Assembly (NCBI GenBank): GCA_002747055.1
Contig: PDSQ01000028.1
Span: forward strand, 17,516 to 81,515
Source of the DNA: Gammaproteobacteria bacterium
Lineage (GTDB): Bacteria > Pseudomonadota > Gammaproteobacteria > Pseudomonadales > Oleiphilaceae
Length of the DNA: 64,000 bases
Reading direction: 5' to 3'
Shown here: positions 19,435-28,152 of the stretch, piece by piece
How positions within the stretch are numbered: position 1 is the stretch's first letter
Layout: each line of letters begins with the position of its first letter
The notes under the pieces: model-generated
What the model saw: the letters and a program-made list of their open reading frames with translations, nothing else
The model's database searches: none
What the model was told of the DNA's origin: nothing
Made by a program: the position numbers and the translations under genes

Positions 19435-20889
19435 ATGAATCAACTGGATTTTTTGTTTTTCTTTCTGCCTTTTGTCTATCTGCTTGCGGCATTTTCCATT
19501 ATGCGTGTACTGCTACACTATCGAACACCGCAGGCAGCAATCGCCTGGCTATTGGCTCTGGTACTACTGCCTTTTATCGCTCTGCCGGCCTACTTTTTGT
19601 TTGGACGTAACAAGTTTACCGGCTATCGGGATGCACGAAAAAGCGGTGACCAGGATCTGGACAAACTGATTGACCAGTTCACCCGACACTATGCTCCCGC
19701 TTCCAACGACAATACGCTGGCCGGGCTATCGCAATTGGGGCGATTACCCGTCACAAACAACAACCGTTGCACATTACTTGTTGACGGCAAACAAGCCATA
19801 TCTGCGATGTTCCAGGCAATTGATGCGGCGCAACGCTATATTCTCCTGGAGTTTTACATTATCAACGCCGACGCCACCGGATTTAAGCTCAAGGAAATGC
19901 TGATCGCCAAAGCCAGAATGGGGATCAATGTCTATATGCTCTATGACGATATCGGCAGCAGTCACCTGAGCACCCGGTATATCAATGAGCTAAGACGACA
20001 AGGTATCGATATACGGCCTTTTGGCACAATAAAAAAGTACCTCAAAAAAATGCAGATCAATTTCCGTAATCACCGAAAAGTACTGGTTATCGATGGTAAA
20101 GTCGGTTTTACCGGTGGCATCAATATCGGTGACGAATACCTGGGCCGGGCAAAAAACCGGGAAGCCTGGCGAGACACCCACATCCAGCTTGAAGGCCCGT
20201 CGGTTTTAGCATTGCAACTGGTGTTTCTGGAAGACTGGAACTGGGTAGCCAACCGAATTCCCGCATTAAACTGGCGAACAGCCAGACTTAGCGAAAGCCA
20301 ATCCAGCGCTGACCAGTTCAGCGAAGAGCAGAGCGCTAACAACCAGTCAGTACTGATTCTGCCTGCCGGCCCGGCCGACGACCTGGACACTGGCGAGCTT
20401 TTTTTCCTAAGTGCGATAAATAGTGCAAAAACCAGAATTTGGCTGGCGACACCTTATTTTGTACCCAACACCTCGATACTGAGGGCACTGCAACTGGCAT
20501 GCATTCGCGGGGTTGACGTCAAAATACTGGTACCGGTGAAGTCCGACCACAGGGTGATTTTCTACGCGATACAGTCCTTTCTGGAAGAAGCCGACAATTC
20601 CGGCATCAAGGTTTTCGGATACCAACGAGGATTTATGCATCAGAAAGTGCTGTTGGTCGACAATGCTTTTGCCTGTATTGGCAGTAGCAACCTGGATGCT
20701 CGGTCACTACGATTGAACTTTGAAATCAACGCTGTCATTGCCTCCCCCGTATTGACTGCCAGCGTGGAACAGATGCTGAACACGGATTTGCAACGTGCCA
20801 AGAGATTGACCGGCGAGACGTATCGGATGAGACCACTGTTTTTTCGCCTGGCCTGTCGCATGGCGCGACTGTTTTCTCCGGTTCTTTGA
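19435..20889 (+). CDS. cls: Cardiolipin synthase
   Basis: Two N-terminal TMs and two HKD motifs ('NHRKVLVID', 'HQKVLLVD'). Confidence 0.93.
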   Translation: MNQLDFLFFFLPFVYLLAAFSIMRVLLHYRTPQAAIAWLLALVLLPFIALPAYFLFGRNKFTGYRDARKSGDQDLDKLIDQFTRHYAPASNDNTLAGLSQLGRLPVTNNNRCTLLVDGKQAISAMFQAIDAAQRYILLEFYIINADATGFKLKEMLIAKARMGINVYMLYDDIGSSHLSTRYINELRRQGIDIRPFGTIKKYLKKMQINFRNHRKVLVIDGKVGFTGGINIGDEYLGRAKNREAWRDTHIQLEGPSVLALQLVFLEDWNWVANRIPALNWRTARLSESQSSADQFSEEQSANNQSVLILPAGPADDLDTGELFFLSAINSAKTRIWLATPYFVPNTSILRALQLACIRGVDVKILVPVKSDHRVIFYAIQSFLEEADNSGIKVFGYQRGFMHQKVLLVDNAFACIGSSNLDARSLRLNFEINAVIASPVLTASVEQMLNTDLQRAKRLTGETYRMRPLFFRLACRMARLFSPVL

Positions 20890-20998
20890 GCCAATTCGCA
20901 AACTGATGTTTGGCATCAGGACAGGTACCTGCGTCACCGAGCTGAATGGTCGCCTCACTACAGGACTCCAAGGTGTTTCAGGATAATCTCGAGCTATC

Positions 20999-23362
20999 CT
21001 ATCTATGGGTATGTCCTATGGTCAAATAGACCGCCCCTTCGCCCGAATCACCGAAACTGGCCGTCAGCTTGATTGCACCCAGAACGGTTGGAACCCCGAA
21101 AACCAAAGAAGAAGATGGATGCCAGGATCCCGAATCGGCAAACGGAGTGATTGGCCGCCACACTCTGCCCATCTCAAACATAACGCCAACAAAATAGTTT
21201 TGCCAGGAACTCTGAAACTCTCGATAGACGGCCAGACTGCCAAGGGCAGAGTCCTGACCGACAAAACGATCCTGCGGGTAAGCGGACAAATTATCCACGC
21301 CCCCCAAAGGTTTCAATTGATCCAGGGTGGCTTGTCTGCTGGTCACGGTCTGCAGCTTGGTCGCCGCATGCCACACCCAGTTACCATACTGGCCTGCGTA
21401 TAGCCCATCGATATAAAGCAGACTAAATCGTTTGTCAGCGCCTAATTCCGACAGATACTGGTCAAATTCAGCCACAAAATAATAACCTGCCGTTGGTATT
21501 CGCGCATCGTTCAGGGTATCAAAAGTAAACTCCGCTCGATACCCTCCTAATTGAAAGGCCGATTTTTTTCCGACACCAACGCCTACCCGCCCAGCAATAT
21601 CGATATCTTCAAACAACAAGCCCAGGCCGACATCTCCCCAGTTACCCAACTCATTACCGAGTTTGCCGTGGTAGCGCAAAACTTTAAACTCGGCTTCAGA
21701 CAACAGATCACCATCATCAAAAAAATTGAACAGGTTTTTTTCAGCTGTCCCTTCCACTTGTAAATACCATGCATTGATTTGACTCAAGGGTTGAAAAAAA
21801 CGACTACTGAGTTTAGGCTCGGAGCCAATGGCAAGATAGGTGCGCCACTCGGCGCCCAGTGCATTTAATTCAGTAAAGTTGATCGATGCGCCAAGCCTGA
21901 TACGCCTATCAATATCAAAATCTTCCTCATAGGCAAAATCAAACAACAGGTAGTTGGGTCCGGCGCTTCTTTCGAACACCGATATTTCCAAAATACGTTC
22001 GGCATCGACCCGTTTCAATGCATAGGTCACCGACTCGAAGTAGCCCAGGCCGTACAAGGTATTGATATCGTGCTCCAACCGCTCTCGATCAAAATATTCG
22101 CCGGTTTTTTGTCGAATTCGACTCAATACAAAACGGTCAGGGAAAGAACTGGTATTCGCCACCTCGATTCTATCTATGACCCAATCTATCGCTGGCACGC
22201 TTTTTATACCGGAACGATACGCATGCCAAAGCGGGTCAGGCAACGCAAAAGGCTTTAGATCCAACACTTGCTGCCGGGTAGCGGTCGCGCCTATCTCTAC
22301 GATTTCGTCACTTTTATCGAAATCCGAGGAAGCAAAGTCAGTCAGCTCCGGCACAATAAGCACATCGCCAGGCTTGAGGTCGGCCAGTTGAAGCTCTACA
22401 TTTCTTCGCGTCAGAAAGTTGGTCATTTGATCCGCAATGGTTAGAATATCGACCAGTTTGTCCTGCTCGATCAGTGGCTGACTGATATCCACAGCAATAA
22501 TGATGTCAGCCCCCAGATCACGGGCAACACTAATGGGCAGATTATTGGCAACCCCACCATCCACCAATAGTTTATCCTGCCACCGAACCGGCGGAAATAC
22601 ACCGGGAATCGACATACTGGCACGAACCGCTCTCGCCATGGAACCTGAGCCTATGACCACTTCCTGACCAGTCGCCAAATCCGCTGCCACCGCCCGAAAA
22701 CGACGGGGCAACTGATCAAAGTCATCGATCTGAAAAGCCTCCCAGGTGAGGTGATTCAGTATCAGATCCAACTGCTGACCCTGAACCAACGCACTCTTGA
22801 ACACCACTCCATTTTCGTCAATGCCCAGAGTCGCATCCATCGCGTGTTGTCGGGTTTCCTGTTTTTTCCGCATGGAAAGCAATCGTCTGCCAATCTGATC
22901 CTGAAAACCCCGGTCCCAGTTAACTCGATGAAAACGCTCTTCGATTTCGGCTACCGGCAAGCCCAACGCATAAAGCGCGCCGACGCCAGACCCGGCACTG
23001 GTACCCACCACGATATCAACCGGAACTTTCAGCTCTTCGAGCACTTTTAACACACCAACATGAGCCAGACCCCTGGCGCCACCGCCACTGAGTACCAGGC
23101 CAATGGTTGGACGAGCCTGTTCGGTCGAATATCTGCCAGCCTGACCTGACCAGGTACCACTGGAGTCGGCTTTTAAGCCCGGGTCAGCCTCTGCCACTGA
23201 GGCCCAGAAAAGACAAATAGACACCGGCAGGATAGCAATGAACTTGAATTTTAAACAGAAAACAGAGGGGGTCAGACGCAAAACCGATTGCCGAACCAGG
23301 CGGGCCGAACAGAACGTAAAACTGGAAAATGAAAGAATACGACACAATAGAAAGGACATCAC
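20999..23362 (-). CDS. Patatin-POTRA-Omp85 barrel protein (PlpD/type Vd-like phospholipase)
   Basis: 'GGGARG', 'GTSAG', 'DGG'; POTRA 'D...LYGLGYFE.V'; beta-strand C-terminus. Exact start uncertain. Confidence 0.85.
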   Translation of the reverse strand: MMSFLLCRILSFSSFTFCSARLVRQSVLRLTPSVFCLKFKFIAILPVSICLFWASVAEADPGLKADSSGTWSGQAGRYSTEQARPTIGLVLSGGGARGLAHVGVLKVLEELKVPVDIVVGTSAGSGVGALYALGLPVAEIEERFHRVNWDRGFQDQIGRRLLSMRKKQETRQHAMDATLGIDENGVVFKSALVQGQQLDLILNHLTWEAFQIDDFDQLPRRFRAVAADLATGQEVVIGSGSMARAVRASMSIPGVFPPVRWQDKLLVDGGVANNLPISVARDLGADIIIAVDISQPLIEQDKLVDILTIADQMTNFLTRRNVELQLADLKPGDVLIVPELTDFASSDFDKSDEIVEIGATATRQQVLDLKPFALPDPLWHAYRSGIKSVPAIDWVIDRIEVANTSSFPDRFVLSRIRQKTGEYFDRERLEHDINTLYGLGYFESVTYALKRVDAERILEISVFERSAGPNYLLFDFAYEEDFDIDRRIRLGASINFTELNALGAEWRTYLAIGSEPKLSSRFFQPLSQINAWYLQVEGTAEKNLFNFFDDGDLLSEAEFKVLRYHGKLGNELGNWGDVGLGLLFEDIDIAGRVGVGVGKKSAFQLGGYRAEFTFDTLNDARIPTAGYYFVAEFDQYLSELGADKRFSLLYIDGLYAGQYGNWVWHAATKLQTVTSRQATLDQLKPLGGVDNLSAYPQDRFVGQDSALGSLAVYREFQSSWQNYFVGVMFEMGRVWRPITPFADSGSWHPSSSLVFGVPTVLGAIKLTASFGDSGEGAVYLTIGHTHR

Positions 23363-23403
23363 CAGAGTGGCTTCCTCGTTAAAATCGAAGTAAAGGCGCT
23401 ATT

Positions 23404-24204
23404 TTATCTGATTTCATCCAGTTTGATATAAGAAATATCCGGTATAACCACTGTCTGCTCTTTTTTGATTTGGCCCATATCGCTTCCTGCAGGCGCAATA
23501 GAGAGGTGGCTGACATCGAGTGAAGGGAGGGGTGGCAATTCTTTGGCATCAACCAAATCACTACCGACTGGCGCAACTGAAATACGGTCAATATGTGCAA
23601 AAAGAGGCGCCTCGACCTCTTTGTGTCGTTCAAGATCAACCCCTGCCGGCGCCAACGAAATCGCGTCAAGATGTTTAAGTTCTGGTGCCCTGACCTCTTT
23701 TTTACGCTCGCCCAATAGCACCCCGACCGGAGCGAGATCGACACCGACGCCGGCAAGGATTTCATCCACCTTTTCCCCGGCTATCGGTAACTGACTCGTG
23801 CGTGTTCCTGGCGAAGGTCGGAGCCTGCTTGAAACCGGCGGCTTATCATCCGGCAGAGTAAAGCTCGCTTTGCCATGCGCAGATGCCGGTCTTGCAACGG
23901 CTGCTGGCTCACCGGAAGGTGCACGCTTTACAGACCGAGCCTCAGACGAGCCGGTGACAGCCCCCATCGGCCGCATAGCGGCTATTTTACATATCGCACC
24001 ATTTTTCTTCAAAACGGCCTGGTACTTCAGTGCAGTCGCCTTGTCCAGCTTGTTTTTAAGCACAACCCGACTACTACCGAACATCTTGACAATTTTTTCG
24101 TCTGAGGCTTTGAACAGCCTGGCCATGTTGGCCTTGACCGTTGCTAAAGCCAGGCCATCGACTATTTGTCCTTCGAACACCAGTTCAAACATAGGCTGAT
24201 CCAT
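23404..24204 (-). CDS. Hypothetical protein with repeated 'S(L/V/I)APxGxD' C-terminal motifs
   Basis: AAGGAG RBS before MDQPMF; N-domain 'FELVFEG...VKANMARLFK'; four ~26-aa repeats. Confidence 0.75.
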   Translation of the reverse strand: MDQPMFELVFEGQIVDGLALATVKANMARLFKASDEKIVKMFGSSRVVLKNKLDKATALKYQAVLKKNGAICKIAAMRPMGAVTGSSEARSVKRAPSGEPAAVARPASAHGKASFTLPDDKPPVSSRLRPSPGTRTSQLPIAGEKVDEILAGVGVDLAPVGVLLGERKKEVRAPELKHLDAISLAPAGVDLERHKEVEAPLFAHIDRISVAPVGSDLVDAKELPPLPSLDVSHLSIAPAGSDMGQIKKEQTVVIPDISYIKLDEIR

Positions 24205-24328
24205 GATACGCCGCCAACTCCTTGCCAACCTGAGAACTAACCCACAAATACACTCTACTACCAAAAAAGTATAGTCTGAAAATCGAATCTGGCGCCCAAC
24301 ATAAAAAAACTGTCCCGACGATAGCCTG

Positions 24329-25858
24329 CTACTTGGCAGGCAGCGACGCGATCAGATCCGATATATCTATCTTCAATGGGTCATCGGCAACGTCAATCGC
24401 TTGAACAAATAGCTTCACCAGTTCAATTTGATCAAACAAATACAGCTTGTCTGCTTTATTGATAGCATCGGTAATCCGCATCGAGGCCACAGTCCGGTAC
24501 GCCAAAACCAGGGCGTCCAGACTTCTTGCTCCATCAGCAATTCTAAGCGCCGCCTCAGCTAACGTCACTCGCCCACTATCGATTTCGTCTGTCCACCAGG
24601 CCAAACCTTGGCTTTCGGGCATACGCCCAAACATTTGCAAATAGAGATTGGCAATCAAGTCAGCGGTGCTCAAGTGAGCAAATCTATTATCGTACTCTGC
24701 AGATCGACCGAACGAGTTAATTATTTCTGCCAGGTCGCCACCATTCGACTTTACCCTATCTGTCCACCAGGCCAAACCATCATAGTCTGCCGCCCGACCA
24801 TAATAGGCCACATACATAGACTGGACACGATACGCATAGGAGTTGCTATCGTAGGAAATAGCACTGGTATCACCGTTTCCGGAATCACCACCTCCCGTGT
24901 TACCGCCATCGCCGCCTCCGGTATCATCGCCGCCTCCGGTATCATCGCCGCCTCCGGTATCATCGCCGCCTCCGGTACCGCCGCCTCCGGTACCGCCGCC
25001 GCCAGTATCGTCACTGTGATCAGCCGTAACGATATCACCGGCATATAAACCAATAACACCGACAGATGAAAGAAATAGACCCTGGTGGGTCCTGATCGCT
25101 CGGGCATTTAACGGGCTGATTACACGGTAATACAGATACCCCCTATCCGTACTGACCCCGGATTCGGCAATCACTTGACTTTTTGCTATCACATCTCCCG
25201 CTAAAACCTGGGCACTGTGCGCCTTCAGGTTACGATACTCGGCAAAGGTTCCATCACTGTGTTCAACAGATATATGGTTGCCATATAGCGAACCCGTCTC
25301 AATACTGGTATCGACACTGCGCACCACTCCCTCTCGCGTTGCATGCACCAGAGTGCCCTCAGGCAAACCAAATACAACAGCAAACTGATCTTCGGGGGAA
25401 GGCAATGACCTGAACCCCTGCAAAATGGGACTGGAATGACCGTCTGGGAAAGGTAAGTAATACAGGTAGCGGTCATCATGGACAGAAGAAGCGCGACCCG
25501 GCGTCCAATAAACAGTAATGAAATAATCAACAGTTTTATCTTCACCAGGATCCACAGTATTCAAGCGATTTACCAAAAGTGGCTCACGAGCACCTAACTC
25601 GTAATATTCCTCGTTTGGCACACCAAGGCTGAGATTCTGCAATTCATAGTCTATGGCAACCGTCAAAGGATAATCACTGATGTTGACCAAGGTCACAGTC
25701 AAAAACTCGGTTTGTTTTCCAACATCAACACATAACTCATCGGAGTAACATGTCTTTGAAGGGGCTCCATCCGAATGGGCAAATTGGCCATAAACGACAA
25801 ACCAGCAGGCCGCGACGAATATACAAAAACTCTTGATAAAGCGTATAATACAACACAT
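24329..25858 (-). CDS. Secreted protein: degenerate M23-peptidase domain, Gly/Asp linker, DUF4214-like C-terminus
   Basis: 'LPEGTLVHATREGVV...GNHISVEHSDG'; 'MYVAYYGRAADYDGLAWW', 'LYLQMFGRMPESQGLAWW'. Confidence 0.8.
   Translation of the reverse strand: MCCIIRFIKSFCIFVAACWFVVYGQFAHSDGAPSKTCYSDELCVDVGKQTEFLTVTLVNISDYPLTVAIDYELQNLSLGVPNEEYYELGAREPLLVNRLNTVDPGEDKTVDYFITVYWTPGRASSVHDDRYLYYLPFPDGHSSPILQGFRSLPSPEDQFAVVFGLPEGTLVHATREGVVRSVDTSIETGSLYGNHISVEHSDGTFAEYRNLKAHSAQVLAGDVIAKSQVIAESGVSTDRGYLYYRVISPLNARAIRTHQGLFLSSVGVIGLYAGDIVTADHSDDTGGGGTGGGGTGGGDDTGGGDDTGGGDDTGGGDGGNTGGGDSGNGDTSAISYDSNSYAYRVQSMYVAYYGRAADYDGLAWWTDRVKSNGGDLAEIINSFGRSAEYDNRFAHLSTADLIANLYLQMFGRMPESQGLAWWTDEIDSGRVTLAEAALRIADGARSLDALVLAYRTVASMRITDAINKADKLYLFDQIELVKLFVQAIDVADDPLKIDISDLIASLPAK
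24907..25007. repeat. Coding tandem repeat: four 18-bp units plus two 15-bp units (TGGGDD/TGGGG linker)
   Basis: CATCGCCGCCTCCGGTAT x3, a fourth copy ending in C, then CCGCCGCCTCCGGTA and CCGCCGCCGCCAGTA. Confidence 0.92.
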
Positions 25859-26161
25859 GACTTAACATCCAACGTTACTGAAAAGGATCGCGGCCAACGC
25901 CTAACCAACAATGCCCGCTGGTTAGAAATCAACCGCACCTGCAACTATAATACACCAATCCCTGCTTAACCGGCACGAAAGATTGATAACAATTGCATTG
26001 TATTTTCCCGGCATCACGATCCGTCATCGTGGCTAACCTGTTAACCACAGGTAACAACACCTCCCGGTTTACGATGAACCAGCCAAACGCCTCAGTAACG
26101 CCCTGCCGCACTGAATCCAGCAGTCGAAAAACCTATCCCAGCTAACCAGCGATTGTTCGCG

Positions 26162-26500
26162 CTATAGACAAACCGCTCGCCATTGCAGCAGCATTTTTCT
26201 GTAGGCACAACGATTACTGCTGGCAAACCCAACGCAATCAGGGTGACAGAGCAGTTTCTCAAGCTGCCGCACCACACTCCTCGCAATAGGCTTGGTGGGC
26301 TCAGATAGATAGCGTCGAATCAAACAACCCAGGCGCTTTTCAATAACCGGAGTGGGTTCGTAAATGATATCGAGATCAAAAATACCATCCATCTCATTGC
26401 TGACACCCTCATCGACCATACCGAGCTCGCTACAATCTCCGGCTTCACCAGTGACAACTACGTCGTGACCAGTATCAATATCAAGTATTTCCGAGGACAT
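26162..26500 (-). CDS. Small hypothetical protein with acidic N-terminus and Cys/His C-domain, probably Fur-regulated
   Basis: AAGGA RBS before MSSEILD; 'LLCHPDC...RCAYRKMLLQWR'; Fur box upstream. Confidence 0.6.
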   Translation of the reverse strand: MSSEILDIDTGHDVVVTGEAGDCSELGMVDEGVSNEMDGIFDLDIIYEPTPVIEKRLGCLIRRYLSEPTKPIARSVVRQLEKLLCHPDCVGFASSNRCAYRKMLLQWRAVCL

Positions 26501-26565
26501 ATCGACCATCCTTATGAAAACGGGTTCAAGGGGATTGAAGGCAACAGACACCAAACAATTTTATT

Positions 26566-26585
26566 ATTAATAATAATCATTATCA
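26566..26585. promoter_or_regulatory. Fur box
   Basis: ATTAATAATAATCATTATC is 16/19 to GATAATGATAATCATTATC, in an AT-rich divergent intergenic region. Confidence 0.85.
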
Positions 26586-26659
26586 TTTAATCCACAAGCG
26601 ACATGGATCAAATTAATACATATTTTTTCTAAGGAAAATTTGCCAGTTTTAGAATAAAG

Positions 26660-26708
26660 CATAATACGAATTATTATCGTTTACATAATCTAACAATTAG
26701 GATAAATT
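26660..26708 (+). promoter_or_regulatory. Fur-like box next to a sigma70 promoter
   Basis: CATAATACGAATTATTATC (14/19) at 26660-26678; TTTACA-N17-TAAATT at 26680-26708. Confidence 0.6.
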
Positions 26709-26749
26709 GAAAGAAAATTGATTTGTATACGCGCGCATGAGGTTCAGTT

Positions 26750-27238
26750 ATGTCGTTTTTGTGCAACAAACACCTGGCAAAATGCGATGCCGATCCCGAA
26801 ATGGCGTTAGACAAGTGGGATAGCTGCATGAAAAAGGCAATCGCGTTGTTTGAAAAGCAGCACTATCGCCAAAGTATTCCCTTTATTGGCGCTGGCTTCG
26901 ACATTGCCACACTACTTATCAAGAAAAGCAGAACCGACACATCCGAGCTCAGTAGCTTTGACCGCCTGCTTCTGGCCGGGCACGCCCTGGCAGAGTGTTA
27001 CCGACGCCTGGGTGACACCGCCGCTGAAAGACGTTTTTTACTTGCTACCCACTATCATCTGATGCATCAGCTAAACCACGAACCGCTCAACGCATACGAA
27101 TTGAAACAACCGTTGGAAATATCCTTGCGGACACTGAAAGCCCATTATAAAGCTCACAATGAGTTTTCCCAATTCGACCAGTGTTATACCAGAGACAAGG
27201 CTAAGCTGAATAAAATCCGTCGGCCGGTGCTGCACTGA
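26750..27238 (+). CDS. Hypothetical alpha-helical protein, probably Fur-regulated
   Basis: GAGG RBS; 162 aa; N-terminal 'FLCNKH', C-terminal 'VLH'; TPR-like helical pattern. Confidence 0.7.
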   Translation: MSFLCNKHLAKCDADPEMALDKWDSCMKKAIALFEKQHYRQSIPFIGAGFDIATLLIKKSRTDTSELSSFDRLLLAGHALAECYRRLGDTAAERRFLLATHYHLMHQLNHEPLNAYELKQPLEISLRTLKAHYKAHNEFSQFDQCYTRDKAKLNKIRRPVLH

Positions 27239-27330
27239 ATAATTGAACAATACCTTGACAGGCCGACCCTCTTTACCATGCTGTCGCTTATCTCTGCGAT
27301 TGACAATGTGTCGGACAGAATAATTCCGCT

Positions 27331-27359
27331 TTGCATTTGCAATAGAGAAACATTATCAT
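27331..27359 (+). promoter_or_regulatory. sigma70 promoter overlapped by a Fur-like box
   Basis: TTGCAT-N17-TATCAT; GCAATAGAGAAACATTATC (13/19) at 27339-27357. Confidence 0.55.
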
Positions 27360-27398
27360 TGTGGCCTGTGTTATCAAGGGTTACGTGGCAGGTATTAA

Positions 27399-27812
27399 AT
27401 GATCACCAGTGCTTCACCTGGCAGAATACGGGTTAGAACGGCCAGACTCAAAGCAAAACGCTTTGTTACAGAAACTCAAAGCAAAGTGAGGGAACTGCCC
27501 GGTGTCATCAGTGTTCGTTGCAACCTGAAGGCAGGAAGCCTGGTGGTGAACTACGATCAAAACACCACCAATGAACGGGTAATGGAAAAACGAGTAGAAG
27601 CCATCTGTATGCGAACGCATCGAAAACCAGGCAACAAAAGACTCAAAGCCAAAATCAATCAGGTGAGCAAAATTGGTATGGTCACCACGTTGGTGCCATC
27701 GGTTATATTCGGGTTTGCAGGCAAAAGAAGGCTGCATGTCTATACTGGCATCGCATTTTTGGTATTCGCAGGCATCCATACCCTGCGCTATAACAAGACA
27801 CTATTCAGATAG
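27399..27812 (+). CDS. HMA2-domain membrane protein with His-containing C-terminal TM helices (FezC-like)
   Basis: 'SPGRIRVR...PGVISVRCN..AGSLVVNYD' plus 'RLHVYTGIAFLVFAGIH'. Confidence 0.75.
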   Translation: MITSASPGRIRVRTARLKAKRFVTETQSKVRELPGVISVRCNLKAGSLVVNYDQNTTNERVMEKRVEAICMRTHRKPGNKRLKAKINQVSKIGMVTTLVPSVIFGFAGKRRLHVYTGIAFLVFAGIHTLRYNKTLFR

Positions 27813-27920
27813 CACAACAAACCCAGCCCCGGTAAACAAACCAAAGGCACCCTCGGTTCAGACCAGAGCAACGCTCAGCGGACAAGATTACCGCCGTTCG
27901 TCTCCCAGACGTAATTAGGT

Positions 27921-28124
27921 TCAGGCGGACGAATGCTCTGATGGCGAAGACTCAGCGTCGTTCTTAACCGGAATCGGCTGAGCAGAGACAACCGCCTCAC
28001 CATCGGTACCAAACTTAGGCATTTTTTCCGCGATAGCAGAACGCGCCTTCTTATCTTTGTATAGATAGGTCGCAACAGCACCCATCGCAACACCTGCAAG
28101 CAAAGGAACAAAATGAAAACCCAT
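27921..28124 (-). CDS. Small GxxxG membrane protein (FezA-like)
   Basis: GGGAG RBS; 'PLLAGVAMGAVATYLYK'; last gene of the ATPase operon. Confidence 0.7.
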   Translation of the reverse strand: MGFHFVPLLAGVAMGAVATYLYKDKKARSAIAEKMPKFGTDGEAVVSAQPIPVKNDAESSPSEHSSA

Positions 28125-28152
28125 AATATCAATCTCCCGTGAAAACACTATT

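Noticed and set aside
24907-25007. CRISPR array
   Set aside because: Units are contiguous with no spacers, in frame within a CDS, and no cas genes are present.
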